The translations under genes and the position numbers were made by a program. A stretch of DNA of 64,000 nt from assembly GCA_963823335.1 (NCBI GenBank), contig CAWGLD010000001.1, positions 416,001 to 480,000 on the forward strand. The letters run 5' to 3'. Source of the DNA: an uncultured delta proteobacterium. GTDB lineage: Bacteria; Desulfobacterota; Desulfobacteria; Desulfobacterales; B30-G6. Below the pieces are notes generated by a model. It did not search any database and was not told the DNA's origin. It worked only from the letters and a program-made list of their open reading frames with translations. Positions 22,258 to 31,290 of this stretch are shown piece by piece (the first letter of the stretch is position 1; each line of letters begins with the position of its first letter).

Positions 22258-22621
22258 TCATGTACTCCTGGTTGACGATGATGAAGATCTGATGGAAATC
22301 GTGTCGGAAAGACTCAAAAACAGAGGCATGAATGTCGACACGGTGGGTAATGTTGACAAAGCATTGCTCTGGCTGGCGAATAAACACTATGATGCCATCA
22401 TTCTGGATTTTCTGATGCCCGGCATGGATGGCTTCGAGACTATCCGGACCATTAGAAAGCAGCAACCCGGTATACGGATCCTTCTCGTGACAGGCCAGAT
22501 GCTGGCCGATGACGGCCGAAAGGCGATTCAACTGGGTGCCGACGCTGTTCTTGAAAAACCGGCCGACCTGGAGGTTCTGGTGAAAGCGATTCGGCCTTCT
22601 AAACCAGGGAAAGACGGATAA
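22250..22621 (+). CDS. Single-domain response regulator
   Basis: LLVDDD, LDFLMPGMDG, VTG and KP. Confidence 0.92.
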   Translation: MPDHVLLVDDDEDLMEIVSERLKNRGMNVDTVGNVDKALLWLANKHYDAIILDFLMPGMDGFETIRTIRKQQPGIRILLVTGQMLADDGRKAIQLGADAVLEKPADLEVLVKAIRPSKPGKDG

Positions 22622-22672
22622 TGCCAATCCCCTGCCCCATAAACCCAAAGAGCCCGATCAGCAGATAGTTGC

Positions 22673-22700
22673 TTGACTTCCAGATTTTATTTATTATAAT
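22673..22700 (+). promoter_or_regulatory. Putative sigma70 promoter
   Basis: TTGACT-16 nt-TATAAT. Confidence 0.5.
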
Positions 22701-22714
22701 ACCTGCATCACGAA

Positions 22715-22762
22715 GAAAAAAAATAAAAGGGCACCCACAGTTATCAGCGTGGGTTGCCCTTA
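22715..22762 (-). terminator. Putative intrinsic terminator
   Basis: AAGGGCACCCAC...GTGGGTTGCCCTT hairpin followed by a T-run on the minus strand. Confidence 0.5.
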
Positions 22763-22813
22763 TTCATTTCCTAAGATGATCGGTTCAATTTTTAGAAATG
22801 TGGGTTTTAGACA

Positions 22814-22917
22814 TATAGGGGTTGTCAGAAAAACGTTCCGATTGAGGACCTTTTTTCTGCTACAACCCCTTATGCCGCCATCCTATTTTCGGAACATTAT
22901 TATGACAAGCGGTATAA
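22814..22917 (+). mobile_element. 104 bp IS630-related MITE, copy 1
   Basis: TATAGGGGTTGTCAGAAAAACGTTCCGA...TCGGAACATTATTATGACAAGCGGTATA; near-identical inverted copy at 27714-27817. Confidence 0.8.
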
Positions 22918-22947
22918 TTAAATCAAGTGGTTAAAAGGAGCTCTCCT

Positions 22948-23193
22948 ATGTATTTTGAAGCCGTATTCAACCCCTCAGAAAACCTGGAGTACAGTACAGA
23001 CGCCCATAACCTGGCCGGAAAAAAAATAGCCATACAATCCGGTTGGGTTATCAACGAAGGCCAGTTCAAAGGTCAGGAATGTTATTATATTCCAAATTCA
23101 ACCATCGGTCTGATCCCCGTGTGTGACCTGGATGAATTGAAACCACTCCCCTTTGTCAAGTGGCGAGATCTACTCAGTCAGCTGGGATTCTAA
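22948..23193 (+). CDS. Small hypothetical protein
   Basis: 81 aa ORF with AAGGAG RBS. Confidence 0.65.
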   Translation: MYFEAVFNPSENLEYSTDAHNLAGKKIAIQSGWVINEGQFKGQECYYIPNSTIGLIPVCDLDELKPLPFVKWRDLLSQLGF

Positions 23194-23261
23194 GCTGTAA
23201 GCTGTAAGCCGTAAGCTTTAAGCGGGTGACCGACAACAGCTTATTGCTTACAGCTTATAGC

Positions 23262-24935
23262 TCAAAGAGGAAATACCGCTCCCCTATCCGCACTGCTCAC
23301 GTTGGCTGCATACCTTGCCAAATACCCGGTCTTTTTTTTCAGCTCAAACGGTGGCAGCTTTTCACGCCTTGTCTGAATTTCTTCCGCACCCAAGCGGACA
23401 TTCAATGTGTGGCCGGGAATATCGATATCGATGATATCACCCTCCTGAACGATGGCAATGGGACCCCCGGATGCCGCTTCCGGAGATACATGCCCGATAG
23501 CAGCTCCCCTGGTGGCCCCGGAAAACCTGCCGTCCGTAATCAGTGCCACATCCCGGTCGAGCCCCATACCGGCAAGGGCCGACGTGGGAGACAGCATCTC
23601 CCGCATACCCGGTCCCCCTCTGGGCCCTTCGAACCGAATCACAAGTACCTCACCCTTTTGAATCTTACCGGCCATGATAGCTTCAAAGGCTTCGTCTTCG
23701 GAATGAAACACCCTTGCAGGACCCGAGTGTCTGAGCATCTCATCGGCCACCGCCACCTGTTTCACGATAGCACCGTCAGGAGCGATGTTCCCATGAAGTA
23801 CAGCGAGCCCTCCTTTGGCGTGCACCGGGTCATGGACGGGCCGAATTACGGAAGCATCCTTGGTTCCGGCTTTGATGGCCGCCAGCATCTTGCCCATGGG
23901 TTTGCCGGAAACGGTCATTTCCCCCTCGTTGACCAGCTTCTTTTTCATCAACTCCGCCATGATGGCAGGAACACCACCGGCGTGGTAGAGATCCACCACG
24001 TGATGGGGACCGGCCGGCGCTATGGACGTAAGATGCGGAACCTGCTCCGCCAGTCGTTCGAAGTCACCCAGACGGATGTCGACACCCGCATAGTAGGCAA
24101 TGGCGGTAATGTGCAGGACCGAATTCGTGGATCCTCCCAGGGCCATGTCCACCGAAATCATGTTTTCGAAGGCCCCTTTGGTCATAATATTCCTGGGGGT
24201 AAGGCCTTGTTTTGCCAGGGTCACCGCGTGATAACCGGTCTCTTTTGCCAGCCAGATGCGTTCGGAATAGACTGCAGGTATACTGCCATTCAGGGGAAGC
24301 GCCATGCCCAGGGCTTCAGAAAGGTTTGCCATGGTATTGGCCGTAAACATACCCGAACAGGAGCCTGCACCCGGGCAGGCGCTGCATTCAAACGCATCCA
24401 GGTCGCTTTCGCTGATACCCCCGCTTTTCAATCGCCCCACGGCCTCGAACACCTTGTCCAGACCCACCTCACGTCCATGAATCTTTCCGGGCAGCATGGG
24501 GCCGCCGGCAATGAAGATGGACGGGATATCGAGTCTGGCCGCCCCGATCAGCATTCCGGGAATTATTTTATCACAGGAAGCCATGAGAACCAGCCCGTCA
24601 AAGGGATGGGCCATGGCCATGATTTCAAGGGAATCCGCAATCAGTTCCCTGCTGGGCAGCGAATATTTCATGCCGGCGTGGTTCATGGCGATACCGTCAC
24701 AGACACCGATGGTGTTGAAGACCACCGGTGTGCCTCCCGCCGCATAGACACCCGCTTTCACTGCATCTGACAGTTTGTCCAGGTGTATGTGACCGGGAAT
24801 GATTTCATTGAAAGAATTGGCAATCCCGATGATGGGGTTCTGCAGCTCCCGCGTGGTAAACCCGCCTGCTCTCAAGAGAGACCGGTGAGGGGCCCGCTCC
24901 ACTCCCTGGGTCATGAGGTCACTTCTTTTCTTCAT
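23262..24935 (-). CDS. ilvD: Dihydroxy-acid dehydratase
   Basis: [37 protein letters not shown] and TDGRFSG; start MKKRSD after GGAGGAG. Confidence 0.96.
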   Translation of the reverse strand: MKKRSDLMTQGVERAPHRSLLRAGGFTTRELQNPIIGIANSFNEIIPGHIHLDKLSDAVKAGVYAAGGTPVVFNTIGVCDGIAMNHAGMKYSLPSRELIADSLEIMAMAHPFDGLVLMASCDKIIPGMLIGAARLDIPSIFIAGGPMLPGKIHGREVGLDKVFEAVGRLKSGGISESDLDAFECSACPGAGSCSGMFTANTMANLSEALGMALPLNGSIPAVYSERIWLAKETGYHAVTLAKQGLTPRNIMTKGAFENMISVDMALGGSTNSVLHITAIAYYAGVDIRLGDFERLAEQVPHLTSIAPAGPHHVVDLYHAGGVPAIMAELMKKKLVNEGEMTVSGKPMGKMLAAIKAGTKDASVIRPVHDPVHAKGGLAVLHGNIAPDGAIVKQVAVADEMLRHSGPARVFHSEDEAFEAIMAGKIQKGEVLVIRFEGPRGGPGMREMLSPTSALAGMGLDRDVALITDGRFSGATRGAAIGHVSPEAASGGPIAIVQEGDIIDIDIPGHTLNVRLGAEEIQTRREKLPPFELKKKTGYLARYAANVSSADRGAVFPL

Positions 24936-25128
24936 GCTGTCTCCTCCAATTAAGCTGTTCCATGATTTTATGGAAGGCAACAGTACACATTTGCGGCTGT
25001 TTCCTGCTCCAAAGTCGTTTATCCTGGCGGGAAAGTCAATGATTTATGGGGGTAAGAAGCACCAAGCGCCCTTGATTTATAATAGCCAAAGGCGTTTCAA
25101 ATGCTCGGGTGTTTATCGATTTGAAAGA

Positions 25129-25258
25129 GTCAACTACCACCCGTGAAACGGGTGGCTTGGATTTCCCCCAAAATGGGGGAAAAACAAAGGAGACGGCACG
25201 TCTCCGTAAGTTCAGGTTCGGAACCGCGTGCCAAGCACGCGGTTTGTAGAACAATCAA
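25129..25258. repeat. Family A repeat copy 3, extended by an IS200/IS605-type end hairpin
   Basis: GTCAACTACCACCCGTGAAACGGGTGGCTTG, a TTTCCCCCA..TGGGGGAAA hairpin, then the family A body. Confidence 0.8.
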
Positions 25259-25262
25259 AGGC

Positions 25263-25964
25263 TCACGCCCGCTCCTTACTCAGGCTTTCATCACATGCCT
25301 TCATGCAGACACTGCAGTTGAGTCCGGCGACACGGTATGTGCGGCAGGCGTAAGGGTTCATGGCATAGGCCTGACCTTTATTAGGCATCTTGAGGGCTTT
25401 GGACGGGCACGCCTTGATACAGGCATTGCATTTGAGACAGTAGTCTTTTCGGGATTTGGGTGTCGGCTCAATGACCGCCTCAGTGAGGAGGCAGGTCATT
25501 TTTATGCGGGGCCCAAATTCAGGGGTAATGAGCATAGTGTGCCGACCCACCGAACCCAAACCTGCCAGCTCGGCAGCATCCTTATAGGAAAACACGGCCC
25601 GCAAAAACCGCTGGTCCGTCGGAGCTACCGTCGGCATGGGCAGGGAGCGATACCCCTGATCCTTCAGAAGCCCCGCCATTCCGTGGACAGCGTTTGTCAG
25701 TCTTCCATTGATGTATTCGGTATGGGTTATGAAATAATCCCCGGAAAAGGCCTCACCCACCTCCTTGCTTGTGCCCAGAAGAGCTACCATCTCCTGAAAA
25801 ATCTCTTTACAGAGAACAACAACGGATTTTGCCCCGGGAAGAAGGGCATTGGCATATTTTTTTAGGTCCTTAGATCCGGATTTTGTAACGGAAGCCACAC
25901 CAACAAGATCTACAGTGAACATGCTCTTCATCTCTTCAAGAAAATTATGGTCAAATTTTGCCAT
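25263..25964 (-). CDS. Epoxyqueuosine-reductase-like (QueG/RdhA-like) 4Fe-4S protein
   Basis: FSYKDAAELAGLG..GR..MLITPEFGPR, CLKCNACIKACP and CSVCMKAC. Confidence 0.8.
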   Translation of the reverse strand: MAKFDHNFLEEMKSMFTVDLVGVASVTKSGSKDLKKYANALLPGAKSVVVLCKEIFQEMVALLGTSKEVGEAFSGDYFITHTEYINGRLTNAVHGMAGLLKDQGYRSLPMPTVAPTDQRFLRAVFSYKDAAELAGLGSVGRHTMLITPEFGPRIKMTCLLTEAVIEPTPKSRKDYCLKCNACIKACPSKALKMPNKGQAYAMNPYACRTYRVAGLNCSVCMKACDESLSKERA

Positions 25965-26010
25965 TCTGACGAATCCTTTCCTGGTTGTTTTTGTCCGTAA
26001 CGGTCATAGT

Positions 26011-26100
26011 TCACCTTGTCAAAGGCAAGGTCTCCTTCTTTGCAGCCTTTGAAATATCCGCATCCTTTGCAATCTTTTCTATCCTTTCCGCTTTTGTCAT
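26011..26100 (-). pseudogene. N-terminal fragment of an HU-family DNA-binding protein
   Basis: Hand translation MTKAERIEKIAKDADISKAAKKETLPLTR* after AAGGAGG; the first 20 aa match HU helices 1-2. Confidence 0.65.
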
Positions 26101-26404
26101 GAAGCCTCCTTCTTCGGGCTAAAGGTGAACATAGAACTACCGCCCTGCTTTCAAAACCACTGTGGGAACACGATATCTGTATGGTCAGGTTGTGTCAAGG
26201 AGTCGAGTAGCCCAGGGGGATATAGATGTCAGGCTGGCTTGAAGGTATTTTGATTAGCAAATGTATCTACCGCAATTGGAGCGCCCGGTTGAACCGCAAC
26301 AGCGAGCGCTAACTTCGTAGCTTGCTGCGGGGTTGCCGCCATAGGTTTGAAGATTGTGTTACAGTATAGTCTTCGATTTGGAGGACTCTCCTGAGTTGAT
26401 GTAA

Positions 26405-26668
26405 TCACCTGTTTCCATCAAAATGGTTCTCACTGGATCGCGGCCGTGAAACTTCCTTATATAATGAAAATAATTCGCTGTTTTGAGTCGACGCAGCCTC
26501 GTCCCACAGTCGATTAAGCATAAATTGTTCTATTCTCGGCCAATTCTTAATGTACGGCCGCAAACCATCTTCGGCAAACGTCAGACGATACACGTTGTTG
26601 TACTTCTTTAGCGCATGTTCCCCCACGAGAGATTTGATCATTCGCTCATAGCCGGGATTGGTCATCAA
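26405..26668 (-). pseudogene. Fragment of an MmyB-like ligand-binding regulator domain
   Basis: NVYRLTFAEDGLRPYIKNW motif; no HTH and no normal C-terminus. Confidence 0.5.
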
Positions 26669-26872
26669 ATAGCTAATGCCTGTTTGGTAATGATATGAAA
26701 AGGGGCCTTTGTTGGGCCCCTCATTTCCAGGGACTAATAGCCATGTTGTTCACTTTTGAATACCGGAAAAAGCTGAAGAATATTTGCTGTGGTGCTTTCA
26801 GTCTCTTGGTCAATTGGACAGGTAGCGGCAAATCTAATAGATGATAGTGGAACAGTAGGTTCAAGTACCGAT

Positions 26873-27187
26873 TCAAAGCTCGGGATGCAGTACATGATCG
26901 GGTATTGGCCTGACGCTTTTCCAAGCACTAGAGTCTTTTTCAGCATTCCATAGATCATAATTGTTCTGCAGATTGAGCCACAAATCCGGTGTCGTCCCAA
27001 AGGCGCGGGAAAGCCTCAGCGCCATTTCAGGAGAGATACCGCCATTCCCATTCAATATTTTCGATAAAGTTTTCCGGGATACTCCAAGCATTGCGGCCAT
27101 GTCCGTTATGGTAATTTCCAATGGTACCAGATAATCTTCCCTCAAAATTGTGCCGGGGTGGGTTGGTTGTCTTTTCATTTTCTTCAT
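26873..27187 (-). CDS. higA: HigA-family antitoxin
   Basis: PTHPGTILREDYL...ISPEMALRLSRAFGTTPDLWLNLQ. Confidence 0.93.
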   Translation of the reverse strand: MKKMKRQPTHPGTILREDYLVPLEITITDMAAMLGVSRKTLSKILNGNGGISPEMALRLSRAFGTTPDLWLNLQNNYDLWNAEKDSSAWKSVRPIPDHVLHPEL

Positions 27188-27200
27188 ATTATCTTACCTT

Positions 27201-27344
27201 TCAATGATAATCGCCATAATTGACGACATATGCGTTGCCATCTACGAATTCGAAGAATATGCGCCAGTTCCCGGACACACGAACTGAATATTGTCCATCT
27301 AAATTCCCAGATAGCTTATGGAGGTAAGCGACTGGATAGTTCAT
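27201..27344 (-). pseudogene. higB: 5'-truncated HigB (RelE/ParE) toxin
   Basis: Hand translation MNYPVAYLHKLSGNLDGQYSVRVSGNWRIFFEFVDGNAYVVNYGDYH*; an in-frame stop lies 9 codons upstream. Confidence 0.8.
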
Positions 27345-27713
27345 ATCAATAATGTCAATGGATAGTTGTCAATAGGGAGCGAGTAAAACAGAGGCTGGAT
27401 TGTGGAACTGAATCATACTTGCCATGGTCAATTTCCCAAATGCTTTTTCAAAGATTTGAAACGGCAATATCAATGTTGATAGGACCGAGGCCAATAAAGA
27501 TTACAGCAAATTCTGAGAATACTGCCAAGTTTGGGCTTTATGATTAGTCTTCGGACCATCAAGATCAAGCAGTATGACCAAATCTACACCTGATTATGAC
27601 CGACCTCGGGAGTTGATTCCTTTATGAAGTTGATAATTGAAGGAAAATCAAGTTGGGGTTGAACCGACTGTCTGATTTGCCGAGCTTGTCAGGTTATCGT
27701 CATATTTTGGCAG

Positions 27714-27817
27714 TTATACCGCTTGTAATAATAATGTTCCGAAAATAGGATGGCGGCATAAGGGGTTGTAGCAGAAAAAAGGTCCTCAATCGGAACGTTT
27801 TTCTGACAACCCCTATA
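27714..27817 (-). mobile_element. 104 bp IS630-related MITE, copy 2 (inverted)
   Basis: Reverse complement of 22814-22917. Confidence 0.8.
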
Positions 27818-27874
27818 ATCCTCCCTAAACCCTTTTTATTATTGCCCCGGTCTTCCAATTTGTCCATAATGATA

Positions 27875-27950
27875 TTGAAAAACCTCACAGCATGAGAAGC
27901 AGTGCCGAACGGCAGAACCTGCGAGGAATATTCTCGCTGTTTCGTTTCAA
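27875..27950. repeat. Palindromic repeat, family B
   Basis: TTGAAAAACCTCACAGCA...GCCGAACGGCAGAACCTGCGAGGAAT...GTTTCAA. Confidence 0.7.
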
Positions 27951-27972
27951 ACATCAACATAAAAGGAAGCCC

Positions 27973-28140
27973 ATGAGTAACTGCGACAAATGCGCCTTTC
28001 GGGCCAAATACGATAAAGCCCCCCGGTCATTCCTGGGACGGCTATGGAAATGGCACATCCGCTGGTGTCCCGGCTGGAAGTCGCACCTGAAATCACAGTC
28101 TGAGGAAAAACGGGAAGCACTTTTGAAGCAATATAGATAG
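27973..28140 (+). CDS. Small Cys/Trp-rich hypothetical protein
   Basis: MSNCDKCAFRAKYD...LWKWHIRWCPGWK after AAGGA. Confidence 0.7.
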   Translation: MSNCDKCAFRAKYDKAPRSFLGRLWKWHIRWCPGWKSHLKSQSEEKREALLKQYR

Positions 28141-28207
28141 AAGACTATTAGACTGTTAGACCATAGGCTGTAGGCCGCAAATAGTCTACAGTCTAAACAC
28201 CTATAGT

Positions 28208-28969
28208 CTACCGTATATCGCTGATCGCCAAGCGATCAACGATATACGGAACGAGATCCCTGAAATCCACCAGCATTTCGTCTGCCACGCGCCGGGGCTC
28301 ACTGTCCTGGTATGAAATACCGACATAGTGATCGATCCCTAGCTGTTGTCCGGCACAAAAGTCTTTGAGGGAAGGCTTGGCCATGCTGGCCACACGGATG
28401 GCATTCTGTTCCGCCGCCCACTTGAAATGGGGCCCATCCCCACCGCTGTCACCCATGACCAGGATCTTTTGGGGCGCAATCTGAAAGTGCCTGGCAGCCA
28501 GGGCCGTATTGACGGGTTTGTCCGCAATTTCCTGCAAATCGAAAATGATTTCTGGGTCACTTTCAGTGGTCGGAAAGGTCAAGCCCGGCTGCGCCGACAG
28601 CGCTGAAACCCGGGGCAGTAATTTCTTGAAAAAAACACGCTGAAAATACCCCCTGGACCCGGTGGTGTTGATCATGAAGAGAATGTTTCTGGATAGACAT
28701 GCCTCTATCAGTTCGGGAACCCCTGTATAGTGCGCGAATTGCGCGTCAAGATAGGCATCCATCTGGTCGACACTCAGGGGTGCAGGCAAGAGTTCGTGGC
28801 AATGTTGCATGGCCTCGCTCAAGGCTATCATGTTGGCGGTGTATTGTCTGAAAATTACGGACAGTTCCGAAGTGAGATGCGGATAAATAAATGACATGAA
28901 GTCAAACGGTCCGCTAGGGGAAAGACACTCGCTCCAGTCCGATGAGATCAATCCACGGTACTTCCTCAT
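28208..28969 (-). CDS. HAD-superfamily-like protein
   Basis: SSDWSECL (motif I-like), NTT, K, and MGDSGGD (motif IV). Confidence 0.7.
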   Translation of the reverse strand: MRKYRGLISSDWSECLSPSGPFDFMSFIYPHLTSELSVIFRQYTANMIALSEAMQHCHELLPAPLSVDQMDAYLDAQFAHYTGVPELIEACLSRNILFMINTTGSRGYFQRVFFKKLLPRVSALSAQPGLTFPTTESDPEIIFDLQEIADKPVNTALAARHFQIAPQKILVMGDSGGDGPHFKWAAEQNAIRVASMAKPSLKDFCAGQQLGIDHYVGISYQDSEPRRVADEMLVDFRDLVPYIVDRLAISDIR

Positions 28970-29400
28970 GGCATGCTGGGTCCCTGGAGGATGCCGGCAG
29001 ACTTTTTCACCCCTCCACAGGGTGATCGGTCACGCCAGTCCATGAAAAATAATCCACAATACACTATTTAATTCGATAGTTCAATTTCTTGTCCAAATAC
29101 CTTCTAACAAACCAATATATATCGTTAAATAGATTGTTGCCCGCCACCTTTCATTAAATTTTCCGTTCGAAAAATAGCCCATCTTTGTTCATTGACATCC
29201 TCTCAGGAGTGAATACTATTCTTTTTATATATACCCAAATTGAAGAACCCCACGGCAGACCACGTTGGCACTCGCCGTTGGGGTTAAGATACACCTGGGG
29301 TTGCAGTGCATATAGGCAAAATCATCTTTTCGCTAATTCGGGAACTTTTTTCCTAAAGCCCTTGAGTATCGGGAAACATTAACAAAAAAGGAGTATCCAA

Positions 29401-30945
29401 ATGAAATTATCTATAAAAATGAAATTCAGCCTGGCAATGATGTCGCTTCTGTTGTTAGGCGCCTGTGCGCAGACATCGGTTACACCCGAGGTCCAACCCG
29501 CGGCAGCCCCAAAAAATCCCATCGAATCTGTGGCCGGTCTCGAAACCGCGATTGCCAAAGCCAAACAGGACCAGCTTGACGTTTTATCCCCTGAATGGTT
29601 CTCCAAGGCCGAGGGGTTCTATGCCAAAGCCAAAAAAGGCACCGAAGAAGGCAGTGGAATTTCAGAAATTTTAGAAAACATTTCCAAAGGGCAGGCAGCC
29701 CTGAATAGCGCCGAAGAAACATCCAAAGTCGCCCGAACCATGTTGCCCGAAGTAATTGAAAGCCGGAAAAAAGCCCACCTGGCCGGTGCGGCCAATCTGG
29801 GTGAAGACTTTACCAAGGTCGAGAATCAATTCTTGGACCTGACACGGGCCATAGAGGACAATAATATCCGATATACCCAAAAAAACGCCCCCAGTGTCAA
29901 CGAGGCCTATCTTGCATTGGAACTGAACGCCATCAAGGCGGCCAGCATCGGGAAGGTTCTGCCCTTGCTCGCCCAAGCTAAAGCTGAAAAAGCCGAAAAG
30001 TATGTCCCTCAGTCTTTCTCCATGGCCCAAAAAAGCGCCGATGATACCGACAAATTTATCACCGGCAACCGATATGCCAAGGAAGAAATCGATCAGAAAG
30101 TCAAAGCATCCATGTTCCTGGCAGAACGAGCGCTCAATTTGAACAATCAGAGCCAAACGCTCGACAAGATGAATCCGGAAGAAATTGCCCTGGGGATAGA
30201 AAAAAACCTGCAGAAGGTTACAACCCAGTTATCGGCTCAAGATATGCGTAATCAGGCCGTGGATGTCCAGGTGGATAACATTGTGGGATCCATCACACAG
30301 CTCCAAAAGGACAATCAATCTCTGAACACCGCACTCGACTCTGAAAAAAAGGCATACAAAGACCGTTCAGCACTATATGAATCACAGGTTGCCACATTGA
30401 ATCAGCGCATTGCAACGCTCGAAGGCAGCACGGTAAAAGATCAGAAGGAAATGGCCGATCTACTGGCAGAACAGAAAGCCACTGAGCAGAAGCTGACGGC
30501 TGAAAGGGAGTTCAACAAAAAATACCTGGAGGTTCAAGCTTTCTTCAGGGCTGATGAAGCCGAAGTCTACAAACAAAAAAACCAGCTGGTTATCAGGCTA
30601 AAGGCCATGCAATTCCCCGTGGGCACTGCCACCATTTCGCCTGAAAACTTTGGACTCCTGGGCAAGGTGCAGCGGGCGATCCAGACATTTGAAGGATCGT
30701 CTGTGGTAGTTGAGGGGCATACGGACAGCACCGGCAGCGATGAGGTCAATCAGGCATTATCAACCCAACGCGCGGAAGCGGTAAGTGCGTATCTGGTGGC
30801 CAACAAAACGATTCAGGCCGATAAAATTGATCCCAGGGGCTATGGCCCCACAAAGCCGCTGGCCTCCAACGCAACCCCGGAAGGCCGGGCCATCAATCGA
30901 CGTATCGATGTGATCATTAACCCTGCCTTAACGCCCGAACAATAA
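29401..30945 (+). CDS. OmpA-family peptidoglycan-binding lipoprotein with coiled coil
   Basis: Lipobox LGAC; EGHTDSTG...NQALSTQRAEAV...NRRID. Confidence 0.92.
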   Translation: MKLSIKMKFSLAMMSLLLLGACAQTSVTPEVQPAAAPKNPIESVAGLETAIAKAKQDQLDVLSPEWFSKAEGFYAKAKKGTEEGSGISEILENISKGQAALNSAEETSKVARTMLPEVIESRKKAHLAGAANLGEDFTKVENQFLDLTRAIEDNNIRYTQKNAPSVNEAYLALELNAIKAASIGKVLPLLAQAKAEKAEKYVPQSFSMAQKSADDTDKFITGNRYAKEEIDQKVKASMFLAERALNLNNQSQTLDKMNPEEIALGIEKNLQKVTTQLSAQDMRNQAVDVQVDNIVGSITQLQKDNQSLNTALDSEKKAYKDRSALYESQVATLNQRIATLEGSTVKDQKEMADLLAEQKATEQKLTAEREFNKKYLEVQAFFRADEAEVYKQKNQLVIRLKAMQFPVGTATISPENFGLLGKVQRAIQTFEGSSVVVEGHTDSTGSDEVNQALSTQRAEAVSAYLVANKTIQADKIDPRGYGPTKPLASNATPEGRAINRRIDVIINPALTPEQ

Positions 30946-30954
30946 CACCGGGCA

Positions 30955-30992
30955 GTGAAGAGGTCACGCGCTTACGCACGCGACCTCTTCAC
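30955..30992. terminator. Hairpin after the OmpA gene
   Basis: GTGAAGAGGTC...GACCTCTTCAC inverted repeat. Confidence 0.55.
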
Positions 30993-31013
30993 GACCTAAA
31001 AAAGCACCGCAAA

Positions 31014-31180
31014 TTGAAGAACCTCGCAGCAAGCTACGAGGAATGTTCTGTCGTGCGACAGTGCTTCGCAGCGACCGTAAGGAATTCTGTCTAATCTAGA
31101 TTCGCTCGCTAACCCCGCAGCATGCGAAGCACTGCCGAACGGCAGAACCTACGGGGAATGCGCTCGCTTTTTCGGTTCAA
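31014..31180. repeat. Palindromic repeat, family B (long form)
   Basis: TTGAAGAACCTCGCAGCAAGCTACGAGGAAT...CCCCGCAGCA...CTACGGGGAATGCGCTCGCT...GGTTCAA; very similar to 38252-38393. Confidence 0.85.
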
Positions 31181-31290
31181 GCGATTGTTTGACGTTATTT
31201 GCTATAGCGGTTTCGGAACGGCATTGCGACAAACGCTCAATCACAATTTTTCTCAAGAATAATTTTGAGGCGCTTCCGGAAATACCTTGG

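Noticed and set aside
23226-24770. 514 aa plus-strand ORF
   Set aside because: Antisense shadow of ilvD
25143-25865. 240 aa plus-strand ORF sharing a peptide with ORF 13346-13678
   Set aside because: The shared peptide is just the translated family A repeat; the rest is antisense to the Fe-S gene
25263-25964. Reductive dehalogenase
   Set aside because: Only 233 aa, no Tat signal and no rdhB-like anchor; fits the short QueG-like family
22749-27960. Two small ORFs (22749-22934, 27700-27960) with identical GVVRKTFRLRTFFLLQPLMPPSYFRNII peptide
   Set aside because: Translations of the 104 bp MITE, not a protein family
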